A stretch of 64,000 nucleotides of DNA from an uncultured virus (IMG/VR IMGVR_UViG_3300049259_000212). Its lineage: Duplodnaviria; Heunggongvirae; Uroviricota; Caudoviricetes. The stretch lies in IMG/VR virus record IMGVR_UViG_3300049259_000212, one strand, 5' to 3'. The translations under genes were made by a program, and so were the position numbers. This document shows positions 50,232 to 59,543 of the stretch, piece by piece; the first letter of the stretch is position 1, and each line of letters begins with the position of its first letter. Below the pieces are notes generated by a model that did no database searches, was not told the DNA's origin, and saw only the letters and a list, made by a program, of their open reading frames with translations.

Positions 50232-51791
50232 ATGACTGCCACCGCGAAAAAGAGAGCACGCCGTTCCGTTAGCATCTCTGGCAAAACGTATGGCCGTTTG
50301 CGGCACACGGTTCAAGGAAGCATACCGGCGTTCGTCGATGGCATTGTGCTGACGATGCTCGAGGATGAAACCATCTTGTCGCGGGTGACCGCGCGCTGTC
50401 TGGCCCGTCAGGGCCTAACACCGTAATGACGGTTCTGGTGATCGCGCTCATGGGCGCAGCCGTTATTGGAATCGAAGCTCTTCGATGGACGATGCGCCCA
50501 GAGCAACGTCGTCTACGGATGCTCAAGAAGATTGGAGGCCGTCCGTGAAGGTCTGTGGAACGACAGGATCTCGTGACTACTTGAAGTTGCACGGCAATGA
50601 CTGGAAGCGATACTGGCGACCGCGGCTTCCGCCGATAGGGTGGGAACGCTCCAGAGGTCCACGTCCGACAGCACAGGACATTGACGATCTGATCGGACAC
50701 GTGGAGTAGCATGTCGTTCATGATGCGAATCGAAGCGGCACAACGTTCGCCGTTGGATCAGCTCGCACTGGACTACGCCTGTTCAGGGGAGCCGTCTCAG
50801 CCGTCGCTGGATTTTTGTCAGCACACGATCGGAGTCCCCCAAGACGATGACACGGTAGCGAAGCGCTTAGGCGTTGCCGTCTCGACAGTGCGCGCATGGC
50901 GCGAGCTCGGCCGACGAGCCCGTTGGAGTTGCGATGAGCGCTGAAAAAGCACTGCGCGACGCTGCTGCTAAGTTTCACGAGATTCTGTCCGCGATCGCCG
51001 CGGATCGATTTCTAGTCAACTTCACCGGCCCCGCCCAGATGCTCAAGGCGCTTCGTGCAAATCATCGATCGCCTGATCAGCTGGACGAGATCGCCGCATC
51101 TGGATTCGAGCTGTGCGTAGAAGCGTTGGCTGCCATGGGAGCTTCCGACGTTTCGATTCACAACTGCGGAACCAACGCTCTCGGCGAGAACCATGACTAG
51201 CTTTCGTGGCGGCGGGCTCCATCCCCTCTATCTCCGCGCACCGGGCAGTGTTTCACGCGCTGTCACGATTCCGTGTCCGGCGTGTCGTGCAGAAATCGGA
51301 AAGCCGTGCCGCTTCGACGACGGATCGCCTGTCGTGCACGACGCTCGTGAATCGGTCGCATTCAACGGAAAGCGCATTTGGCTATGAGTGACGATCTTGA
51401 TGTTACTCGGATCGAGTTTCGTATGATCGTCAACGGTCGGTTGAAGACGGCGATCTTCGTGCGCCCCGAAAAGATCGAAGATCTGTTGCACGCCGAGAAA
51501 TGTACTCTTGGAGAGTGGCTGCGCGCTCTACGTGACACCCCTGACATCCCTGAAGTACTTACCTAGGAGAGATCGATGGCAAAGAAAGCCGCATTGAAAA
51601 TCGCTGGTTCGATTGGTCCGCGTGAGGCACTGCTCGCTACCGTAGCTGGCACGATCGCGGCTGGAATGGTCCAAGCGCCAAGCCCCTCCATATCGACCCC
51701 ATCGACGCTGGCGAATGCGGCGATCGACATCGCCGAGCTGATCCTCTTGCAAGCGGGAATCGTCCCGGACGACTCGCCGAACGCCGCATAG
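50232..51791 (+). other. Run of short hypothetical ORFs (50232-50426, 50711-50944, 50934-51200, 51193-51387, 51384-51566, 51576-51791)
   Basis: Coupled ORFs; 50711 has an HTH (VAKRLGVAVSTVRAW); 51193 has a CPAC..C..H zinc finger. Confidence 0.55.
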
Positions 51792-51867
51792 CGCAGATCT
51801 CGGCTGTGCAGATCCCGACCGCCGCCGCGCTTGATCTTCGCTAAGATCCACCCGACGTTAGCGTCAG

Positions 51868-52626
51868 GTGAAAGACGTGCCAGCTGATTCGCTGCCTCCC
51901 TTGTCGGAGAACGATAAGAGAGAGGTGTGTGATCTGCATGGTTGGGTCGGTCGACGCGTGTACCAGCGTGATCGTCACGACTTGTGCGAAGCACCTCGCG
52001 ATGAGTATTCCGACGAGGACCTCGAAGAAGAGCCTGAAGAACTCCACGATGTGGAACCTTCTGTTGAAGTAGAGCCTATCGAAGATCCACCACGGTGGAG
52101 TCGCGCGGAAGCGAAACGACAGGGCATTCCCGCGAAGAAGACCATCGCGGTTCGTCGCATCACGCAAGCGGAGCTCGCTGTTGGGCGTCTTGAGCTGCAA
52201 GCTCTCGGTGCTGACGAGCCCTACGATCGTCCCAAGACGCGCGGTGACTGCGCGCGCGTGCCGCGGCCTTGCCCGTACGTCGCATGCAAGCATTCGCTCT
52301 ATCTTGACGTGAGCGAGACTGGATCGATCATCCTCAACTTCCCGCACCTGGATCCTGGCGAGATGCCAGCGAATCAGAGCTGCGCGTTGGATCTTGCTGA
52401 CCAGGGAACGATGACGTTGGAAGAGATCGCTGTCGTCACGAACCTGACGCGTGAGCGCATTCGTCAGGTGGAGCTCAAGGCGCTGAATCGACGTGCACGC
52501 GAAACAGCGGTAAAGATGGGACTCGGACCGGATGACGCCGTTGCAGCAGGCACGCGTCGCCGTGTGGGACCTGGCGAGCCCGACTCCGAGGGCGCTGTGC
52601 CGAACGATGAGAGCGGCGAAGATTAG
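51868..52626 (+). CDS. Sigma70 region-4 HTH DNA-binding protein with Cys-rich domain
   Basis: RPKTRGDC...PRPCPYVACKHSLYLDV...SCALD...MTLEEIAVVTNLTRERIRQVELKAL; start uncertain. Confidence 0.8.
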   Translation: MKDVPADSLPPLSENDKREVCDLHGWVGRRVYQRDRHDLCEAPRDEYSDEDLEEEPEELHDVEPSVEVEPIEDPPRWSRAEAKRQGIPAKKTIAVRRITQAELAVGRLELQALGADEPYDRPKTRGDCARVPRPCPYVACKHSLYLDVSETGSIILNFPHLDPGEMPANQSCALDLADQGTMTLEEIAVVTNLTRERIRQVELKALNRRARETAVKMGLGPDDAVAAGTRRRVGPGEPDSEGAVPNDESGED

Positions 52627-52856
52627 CTAGGCATCAACTACGGAACAGACACGTAAAGAGTTTCCATCGTCACAGGCGTCTGATAAGGGCGCACCCGCTT
52701 TTCAACCTCGTCCCTTAGCCTCTTCTGAAAGCAGTCTCGCAAGTTCCGTCAGGTCGGATGATACAAGATCAGCGAAAGAGGTTACTCCAGCTGAGGATCC
52801 AGCCGAGGAAGTGTTCCACACTGTCTGGCCGTTCTCTTAGAGCTGCTCATCTTGTA

Positions 52857-53405
52857 CTAATTCAGTCGGACGGCTTCGAGTCCGCGTTCAAGCTGCATGA
52901 GCTTCTCTCGGTGCTCGCGATCTTGGCGCTCTTTCACTTCACCGCGAAGCGCAGGCCTGACCAGATCGTTCACCTGGGGGATATACCTACGTTCTCTTGC
53001 GAGGTTTTCCTCGATCTCGCCCGCGACGAGCTCGCGCCCGGTCGCGGTGAGACGGAGCATTGTGCCGGCTGGTTCGACTAGTCCTAGCGCGAGGGTTCGC
53101 TTGATGTGTGGAGCATCCACCGCGTCGAACCTGTTCGGAAACTCGGGGCCGTACTTCAGGACGAGCTGCGTGAGAGCGAACAGGTTCGTGCCCGTCAGCG
53201 CCATCTTTTTTGGCGGGGCCTTCTTCGGGTAGCGGAACCCGAGAGCGTGTGCGACCTCGAAGCGCTCTGCCGGAAGGCCGGCTGCGAGCACCGCATCGAT
53301 CTCGGCGTCGAGCTGCTCGCGGGTCTTGAGATCGGGTTTCTTCGAGAGACGCGAGAGAGCTTGGCGGATTTCTTGGTCGAGCTGAGCGTCGCGTTTCTTC
53401 GGCAT
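52857..53405 (-). CDS. AQLDREI-motif protein (two copies of the motif)
   Basis: MPKKRDAQLDQEIRQAL...KTREQLDAEIDAVL. Confidence 0.8.
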   Translation of the reverse strand: MPKKRDAQLDQEIRQALSRLSKKPDLKTREQLDAEIDAVLAAGLPAERFEVAHALGFRYPKKAPPKKMALTGTNLFALTQLVLKYGPEFPNRFDAVDAPHIKRTLALGLVEPAGTMLRLTATGRELVAGEIEENLARERRYIPQVNDLVRPALRGEVKERQDREHREKLMQLERGLEAVRLN

Positions 53406-53412
53406 GGCGTTC

Positions 53413-54027
53413 CTATTGGGCGAGCTGACTGGTCTCGTTCAGATACTTCTGAAGGCTGGCGAGTTCATGGAACTGCACGCCCGTCGGTGCGTAGGTGTCG
53501 CTGCCTCTACCGTTGTTACGACCGCGCCCCATCTGTTGCATGACCCGATATCGGCCACGTCCGTTCGAGCCGCGCAGCTCGTCCCACACGGCCAGACCCG
53601 GATGTGAAAGACGAGGAAGTACCCAGACGCGAAGCGTTGCTTTGCCGTTGCGGTCTGCTTCCAGCGTGGCCCAGTGGGGCTTGAGCGGAGCCGCCTTGTG
53701 GAGTTCCTTGCGCACGTCGCCGGGGAGGCCGCCTTTGCGCGCGACCTTACGCGCGGCTGCAATGAGACGAGAAACATCGTCGGCGTTGACGATCGAGACT
53801 TCGCCTAACACGAGCCAGCCCGCCGCACGCGCTTCCTCGATCGCGGCGGCGGTACGTGCGTTCGGCGATCCTTTAATCGCATTGCCGAGCGCCCAGGTGA
53901 GCGTCCCGTCGGAGTGGAGCAGGACCACCTTGTCGTCATACGTCTTGGCGCGGCCGATGACGCCGTGCTTGGCGCCGTTGAGCGCTGCTTTGATCTCCGC
54001 GTCGAGCTGCGCGGCAGTCTTCGCCAT
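53413..54027 (-). CDS. AQLDREI-motif protein
   Basis: MAKTAAQLDAEIKAAL. Confidence 0.8.
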   Translation of the reverse strand: MAKTAAQLDAEIKAALNGAKHGVIGRAKTYDDKVVLLHSDGTLTWALGNAIKGSPNARTAAAIEEARAAGWLVLGEVSIVNADDVSRLIAAARKVARKGGLPGDVRKELHKAAPLKPHWATLEADRNGKATLRVWVLPRLSHPGLAVWDELRGSNGRGRYRVMQQMGRGRNNGRGSDTYAPTGVQFHELASLQKYLNETSQLAQ

Positions 54028-54030
54028 GAC

Positions 54031-54672
54031 CTACTGCTTCCCAGGAATGCGGCTCGGCTTCCCCGGCTTCTTGCCGCGATCGATCGCTTCCGAGCTGTAC
54101 GGCTTGAGGGCTGCCGTCACGAGCTTCAAGTCCGTCGTCGTCGGTTTCTTGCGCGCGAGCTCCTTGCGGAACTCGATCTCGCGCTTGCACGCAATGTCGT
54201 GCGCCTTGTCGTAGCTCATGCCGCCGTACATCACGAGGTTGCGCTCGACGATCTCGTGAAAGATCGTCGCGATGCGATCGAGCGAGTGCATCGCATCGTC
54301 GATCCAGATCTCCTTCGCTGGCACGTAGCTCGGGTAGGCCGCTTCGTTGCCGCCCTGCGTGAAGTCGATGTCGATGTCGTTGCGGACCTTCTCGCCGGAG
54401 ACGAGATAGACGGGCAGACCTGTCACGTAGCCCATCTTCTTGATGCGCGGCGACTTCAACGTCATGGAGGAAGCGATCTCGCGATCGAGCTGGGAAGGAG
54501 AGCGTTTCGTCGCGTGCGACGGCTTACGCGGCTTGGTGTCCCACGACGCGATGTTGTACGGATCGGCGCGGCGTGTCTCATACGTCGATGCAAGCGAGGC
54601 GTCGAGGCGTCTTCCGAGGGCGCGATCGCGCTCCCGTTTGAGTTGAGCGGCAGTCTTAGGCTTGGTCGGCAT
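54031..54672 (-). CDS. AQLDREI-motif protein with metallopeptidase-like HExxE domain
   Basis: KTAAQLKRE...SHATKRSPSQLDREIASSM...EIWID...IFHEIVER...AH. Confidence 0.8.
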   Translation of the reverse strand: MPTKPKTAAQLKRERDRALGRRLDASLASTYETRRADPYNIASWDTKPRKPSHATKRSPSQLDREIASSMTLKSPRIKKMGYVTGLPVYLVSGEKVRNDIDIDFTQGGNEAAYPSYVPAKEIWIDDAMHSLDRIATIFHEIVERNLVMYGGMSYDKAHDIACKREIEFRKELARKKPTTTDLKLVTAALKPYSSEAIDRGKKPGKPSRIPGKQ

Positions 54673-54686
54673 GGTTGAAACCTACC

Positions 54687-55394
54687 TCAGTCTTCCAGGT
54701 TGAAGAGGTAGGGCCGACGAGCGACCTTCCGAGGCTTGATGAGGTACTTGAAGTCGGGGCGCTTGAGATCCCGGTACTCCTTCGCGGCCTCGTTCGCATC
54801 TTTCTTGTTCGAGAAGTGCTCGTGGAGCGTGCGCTCGCGTTTGGTGATCGTGTTCAGCTCATAGAGGTCGTAGACCGTGTGCTTGTCGTTCGAGCGCTTC
54901 GTCGCGTGAACACTGCGGCCTCCGCCGAGACGGCTCAGATACTGAAAGTACATGCGCGCCGTCGATCCCGGAGCGCCCTTACTCTTGCGATAGCCTGCCT
55001 GCTTCGCGACCTCGGCGATGCGATTGCCTTGGCTCATCGAGACCGACGCGTGGTAGTCGCGCGAGAAGTCGATGCCCTCGGATTCGAGGAGACGCTTCGC
55101 CTCTTGCGGCGTCATCTTCTTCTTGCGGGCATGCGCTGCCGGCGTCGCGATCTTCTCGCGCTTCTTCCTCCAACGAAACGAACCGCCGGGTTCGTTCTCT
55201 CGGTACTCGCGCAAGCGTTTGACGATATCTGTCCGCGTTTCCTCTGCGGTGAGATCTTCCCACCCATGGCCGTAGCCGTAGTTCCCCTGCACGACGTAGA
55301 GGTCTTTCGTCTTCCGCGCGCGGACAGCATGCGAATGCCGCGAGGCGAGTGCCGCTTTGATTTCACGGTCCAATTGTGCTGGGGACTTGGGCAT
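54687..55394 (-). CDS. AQLDREI-motif multi-module protein
   Basis: MPKSPAQLDREIKAAL; SHAVRARK, AHARKKK and VHATKRS linkers. Confidence 0.8.
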   Translation of the reverse strand: MPKSPAQLDREIKAALASRHSHAVRARKTKDLYVVQGNYGYGHGWEDLTAEETRTDIVKRLREYRENEPGGSFRWRKKREKIATPAAHARKKKMTPQEAKRLLESEGIDFSRDYHASVSMSQGNRIAEVAKQAGYRKSKGAPGSTARMYFQYLSRLGGGRSVHATKRSNDKHTVYDLYELNTITKRERTLHEHFSNKKDANEAAKEYRDLKRPDFKYLIKPRKVARRPYLFNLED

Positions 55395-55543
55395 AACGTC
55401 CCCCGAGACTACTTCGAGAGCGCGAGCGGATGCCAGAAACCACACGAACTGCGGGATCTTTGGCTCCGTCCCAGAAAAGCGGAGGACTGCTGTCAGAAGT
55501 GACCCCTTCGCGGCGTCTAGCTACTCGAAAGGGACACAAGACA

Positions 55544-56137
55544 ATGAAGATACGATGCAATGGCTTCGTGCTGCGCCAGACGCGCACGAGCGGGTTCTCT
55601 CACTGGGAGGGAGCCCCAACAATGGAAACGGGCGTCGACGCTCTTGAGATGCTCGTCGAGCAGAACTGGGACCGAAAGATCGCTGGCTACAAGGACGGCA
55701 TCTGGCTCGTTCCCGTGCCCACGACAGGCTTCTACAGCGCCGTGTGCAAGATGGACGATCACCCTGAGCGCCAGTACGTGATCGACATGACATCACGCCG
55801 TGAGGGCGAAGAGGCCTTTGCGCAGATCCGCTACGGAGCTCGCAAGATCGCCGCGGCTCAAGTACAGATTGTTGTGTACAGCCGCGAAGTGCTCGGCACG
55901 GAGGTGACCTCTGCCGATGGCGACTTCGAGATCATCTCCATCAACGCGCTGCCGTTCGAAGGGCCCGAGATCCAGTCGCCGGTCTCGATGATGCGCAACC
56001 AGCTCGGGCTCAAAGGTGGGACGAAGACAGTGTACACGGCCCAGCAGTTCGCGGAGTCGATCCGCTTCTGGTCGCAGCACGCGATGGTCGTCGGTGGGGA
56101 GTGGCACAACGATCTCGGCTACGTCTTCGAGCCGTAG
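55544..56137 (+). CDS. DUF3228-like protein
   Basis: PVSMMRNQLG.KGG...SIRFWSQHA resembles the DUF3228 C-terminus (from memory). Confidence 0.55.
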   Translation: MKIRCNGFVLRQTRTSGFSHWEGAPTMETGVDALEMLVEQNWDRKIAGYKDGIWLVPVPTTGFYSAVCKMDDHPERQYVIDMTSRREGEEAFAQIRYGARKIAAAQVQIVVYSREVLGTEVTSADGDFEIISINALPFEGPEIQSPVSMMRNQLGLKGGTKTVYTAQQFAESIRFWSQHAMVVGGEWHNDLGYVFEP

Positions 56138-56217
56138 AGGCATGAAACCCCCATAGATCTGATCGCAGATCTGCGAAAACCGCGAGATGTCACGCTTTCG
56201 TGGTAAAAATCGAGGCA

Positions 56218-56652
56218 ATGGCGCTCAGCCCCCGCGTCACTGTGAGCCCGAACGATTCCCAGGCGGCGGGTCGTGGACGCCAGCGGCTCAAGCTTGCAGC
56301 GATCGGCTACGTGCATGCGAGGCATGGCGTCGATACGGATGCTGATGTGTGTCGCGGGGCTCGCAAATTCCTCCGCCAAATGGCATTCGAATTTGTCGGA
56401 ACCCTTCCTGGCGCTTTGCTGAAAAGTCGTCGCTTCGATCCCTCGGCTGGGAACGATGAAATGCTTACGCTCGCAGCGATTGCTTACGCGAGCTCACGCC
56501 ATGGTGTCGACGCTGATGTCGGAATGATCCGCGAGGGTCTTGCTTTGCTATGTCAGTCGTCGATCGACTTTGTAGAGTCGCTTCCGAAAGAGGACAATGC
56601 GCCGAAGCGCTCACCGGATCTTCACCAGATCACGAACGGCGCACACCCGTAA
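56218..56652 (+). CDS. Internally duplicated hypothetical protein
   Basis: LAAI.Y...RHGVD.D occurs twice. Confidence 0.65.
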   Translation: MALSPRVTVSPNDSQAAGRGRQRLKLAAIGYVHARHGVDTDADVCRGARKFLRQMAFEFVGTLPGALLKSRRFDPSAGNDEMLTLAAIAYASSRHGVDADVGMIREGLALLCQSSIDFVESLPKEDNAPKRSPDLHQITNGAHP

Positions 56653-56804
56653 CGAGAGGATGACCGAATGACACCCCTGCAACAGGAAGTACTGACGCCG
56701 CGTCCCGCACCCTGCGCTGACTATCGTGTGGATTCCACGACAGCGCACATGATCTGGGCGCTCCTCGTGCTCGCGGTCCTTCGGATCGTTGCGGAGATGT
56801 GCCT

Positions 56805-57257
56805 GTGAGTGGCTATGGTCGCGGCTTCTACGGAGAAGCGCAGCTGTCCCGCCCACCACGTAAGCGGAATTGGTTCGCCATCGCGGCGTTCCTGGGCATC
56901 GGTGTCACGGCGGCGTGGCTCTTGTGGCCGCGTAAGTCGTCTCTCGCATATGGCGGCACTGGCGGCGGCGGTCCCTTCGCAGGCACGCAACCGACCTCTC
57001 CGACAACATCGCCACACGCGCATGCCCACTCGACGATGTTGAACGTGCCGGCTGAAGGCATGGCGATCGTGCCGCTCGCGAGCGCGACGGGCGCCTTCCT
57101 CGCGCAGGTAGAGCAAGATGCCCGTGTGCGTGGCTTCATGTCTGTCAAAGACTACGAGGACGCACTCATCGCGACGTCGAAAGAGTTGCAAGCCTCTGGC
57201 GCGAAGATCACGCTGGCGCCCCATCTTCAGCATCTCGCTCCGCAGCTCGGGCCCTAG
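56805..57257 (+). CDS. Single-TM membrane protein
   Basis: WFAIAAFLGIGVTAAWLLW. Confidence 0.65.
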   Translation: MSGYGRGFYGEAQLSRPPRKRNWFAIAAFLGIGVTAAWLLWPRKSSLAYGGTGGGGPFAGTQPTSPTTSPHAHAHSTMLNVPAEGMAIVPLASATGAFLAQVEQDARVRGFMSVKDYEDALIATSKELQASGAKITLAPHLQHLAPQLGP

Positions 57258-57260
57258 CGT

Positions 57261-58241
57261 ATGCCCGCTGCTCCGCGTGTTCATCGTTTCGTGTGCAATT
57301 CCTGCGGGCACGTTCACCCTGCATGGCAGGTGTGTTGCGCGAAGTGCAAACAGCGTAGCGGAATGCACTCGGAAAAGGGACCTCCTGCACCGCCTCCAGC
57401 GCTTGAATCATTTTCGCCAGAAGTGACGACGCAAGCTCCGATCCGACATCAGGAAATCCCTGCGCGATCGCGTCTACGCCTGGTGCGCGCTCCATCGCCC
57501 GATCTCTCCATCGAGGAGCTAAATGAAGAACTAGACATCGACGATGACGACGGACCAATGGCGATCACCGATATTGAAGAGAAGACCTTTGATCGGACAT
57601 CGACTGGCATTCCACCGCTCGATGATGTTCTTGGAGGTGGACTCGTCGAAGGATCCGTCATCCTGCTCGCGTCCCCACCAGGGATTGGCAAAAGCACACT
57701 AGCGCTTCAAATGCTCGCAGGTCTCGGTCACCGATGCCTGTATGTCACGGGCGAAGAAACACGTGAGCAGATTGCAGGCACCGCCCGTCGCATTGGCGCC
57801 GTCACGCCGCGATTGTTCGTCATGCGCGAGCACAATATCGAAACGATCTGTGCTCGTGCTCGCAAGCTGCGCGCGCAGACGATCGTCATCGATTCAATCC
57901 AGAAGATGGAGTGCCCCGACGTTACGGGCCGTGCAAATACGCCGGGACAGCTGAAAGAGTGCACAGCTCGTCTGGTCACGTTCGCGAAGGACAACGGTAC
58001 GATGGTCTGGATCATCGGCCACATCACGGGTGACGGCGACATTGCTGGCCCCAAGACAGTCGAGCATGATGTCGATGTCGTGCTCGAGATGTCGCAAGGC
58101 GCAGCGTTCGATGGAAATGAGCGTATCTTGCGCTGTCCAGGCAAGAATCGCTTTGGAGCTACCGGCAAAACGGGTCGTTTGGAATTGACCGAAAAGGGTC
58201 TTGTCCCGATCGACGGCGATGGCTGGAATGAACCGTTGTAG
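57261..58241 (+). CDS. radA: RadA/Sms-like recombination ATPase lacking the C-terminal Lon-like domain
   Basis: CxxC...CxxC N-terminus, PGIGKSTL, YVTGEE, VIDSIQ, AGPKTVEHDVD, KNRFG. Confidence 0.85.
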   Translation: MPAAPRVHRFVCNSCGHVHPAWQVCCAKCKQRSGMHSEKGPPAPPPALESFSPEVTTQAPIRHQEIPARSRLRLVRAPSPDLSIEELNEELDIDDDDGPMAITDIEEKTFDRTSTGIPPLDDVLGGGLVEGSVILLASPPGIGKSTLALQMLAGLGHRCLYVTGEETREQIAGTARRIGAVTPRLFVMREHNIETICARARKLRAQTIVIDSIQKMECPDVTGRANTPGQLKECTARLVTFAKDNGTMVWIIGHITGDGDIAGPKTVEHDVDVVLEMSQGAAFDGNERILRCPGKNRFGATGKTGRLELTEKGLVPIDGDGWNEPL

Positions 58242-58247
58242 AGATGG

Positions 58248-58685
58248 CTACTGATCGTCGGACGGCTTTGGGATCGGCACTTCCACCGGGGTGGTCTCGT
58301 CGTCCTCGAGCACCACGGTGTCCGCTTCGGCATCAACGCGCACGACGTCTCGCGTACTCGTTCGTGGAAGAGGCATTTCCGCCAGAGGGATCCGAATCAG
58401 CGGCGCCATTTCGCCGGTCGGTGTTCGCAGCGGCGTTACGTCGTCGTCGTCCATGAACGGCGGCATGACGAGGTGAAGTACGCGCTTGGGATGATTCGGC
58501 ACATCAACAACGATGTGAAGATCACGCCCTGCGCCCGGGACGAGGCCTGGCAGTTTGCCGAACCGTCGAAGCTCGTCGACGCGTTCCCAGATCTCGACGA
58601 GCTCGTCGAGATCGAGCACCGCCTCGACACTCGTGAGGAACTTCCCTGTCGGGCGAAAGTAGTGAAGCTGCACGGTGCTCAACAT
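58248..58685 (-). CDS. Hypothetical protein
   Basis: YFRPTGKF...GKLPGL; divergent from the tRNA array. Confidence 0.6.
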   Translation of the reverse strand: MLSTVQLHYFRPTGKFLTSVEAVLDLDELVEIWERVDELRRFGKLPGLVPGAGRDLHIVVDVPNHPKRVLHLVMPPFMDDDDVTPLRTPTGEMAPLIRIPLAEMPLPRTSTRDVVRVDAEADTVVLEDDETTPVEVPIPKPSDDQ

Positions 58686-58745
58686 CGGATCGCACAGTAG
58701 TCCGCATCGAGATCGCACGCGAATCTTCGGCCGTCGCGCGAAACA

Positions 58746-58775
58746 TTGACTTCGTGAAGAAAACCACGCTAGCCT
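58746..58775 (+). promoter_or_regulatory. Sigma70-like promoter for the tRNA array
   Basis: TTGACT-18 nt-TAGCCT. Confidence 0.5.
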
Positions 58776-58786
58776 TTGCGAGTCAG

Positions 58787-58957
58787 ATGTCTGCCGCGAT
58801 CACATCCATGAGAGTCACCGGGCGTAAACGCACGCCGTGGCACACGTGCGTCGTGCGTTATGGACAGCCCAATACCTGCATTGGCGGTCAAGGCTTCGTA
58901 GGCACCAAGCGTCAGCCGCAGCCCATGATCCACGAAGGGAAGGCTCCAGACTCGTAA
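58787..58957 (+). CDS. Putative leader peptide (uORF) of the tRNA array
   Basis: 56-aa ORF between the promoter and the terminator hairpin. Confidence 0.4.
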   Translation: MSAAITSMRVTGRKRTPWHTCVVRYGQPNTCIGGQGFVGTKRQPQPMIHEGKAPDS

Positions 58958-58982
58958 CCATCGGTACACACCGAGACGATCT

Positions 58983-59024
58983 GGAGCCGCCCAAGGAAAA
59001 CCCCTCGGGCGGCTTCTTCGTTTC
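58983..59024 (+). terminator. Intrinsic terminator/attenuator hairpin immediately before the first tRNA
   Basis: ggagccgccc...gggcggcttc followed by ttcgtttc. Confidence 0.6.
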
Positions 59025-59108
59025 GGGCGCGCAGACCGGCGTGGCTCCGGGCGTGGTTGTAACCCACGCGTGCTCTGCACCAATCCAGTTCGATTCTGGA
59101 CGCGCCCA
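59025..59108 (+). tRNA. tRNA-Tyr(GTA), atypical D-arm
   Basis: GGGCGCG/CGCGCCC, loop TTGTAAC, long variable arm, TTCGATT. Confidence 0.75.
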
Positions 59109-59164
59109 CGAAAGGAATCCATGAAGACGTTCGAACGAAAACCCGCGGCTGCAACCTCCATTCT

Positions 59165-59235
59165 GGGGTCGTAGCTCAACGGTAGAGCACTTGCCTTTTA
59201 AGCTCGTGACGAGGGTCCGACTCCCTCCGGCCCTA
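59165..59235 (+). tRNA. tRNA-Lys(TTT), degenerate
   Basis: Loop CTTTTAA; two anticodon-stem mismatches; T-loop TCCGACT. Confidence 0.6.
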
Positions 59236-59243
59236 CTACTTGA

Positions 59244-59315
59244 TCGGGGATCGTCCAATCGGCAGGACGCCAGGCTCTGACCCTGGAAATGAAAGTTCGA
59301 CCCTTTCTTCCCGAA
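59244..59315 (+). tRNA. tRNA-Gln(CTG)
   Basis: CCAGG-CTCTGAC-CCTGG; TTCGACC. Confidence 0.85.
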
Positions 59316-59464
59316 CCGCTGCTGACTGCATCGTACGTGAATTGACGGTCCCCCGAGCACAGCGCTCACAGTGGGACGACAGCAACACGGCGAGGACGGG
59401 GCAAAGTGAAAACCGAATAGTCGATGATGAAGAAGCGAGCGCGGCATGTTGCGCGCTCGTACAC

Positions 59465-59537
59465 GCCACTCTTGCGTAGTTGGTCTGCGCGCTCGTCTGA
59501 AACGCGAGAGGTTCTGGTTCGATCCCAGAGGGTGGCG
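59465..59537 (+). tRNA. tRNA-Phe(GAA)
   Basis: CTCGT-CTGAAAC-GCGAG; TTCGATC. Confidence 0.85.
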
Positions 59538-59543
59538 CGTTAT

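Noticed and set aside
59316..59464. Spacer as tmRNA or Y RNA
   Set aside because: Some hairpins are present, but no tmRNA ends, tag frame or clear Ro60-binding helix were seen; kept only as a search target.
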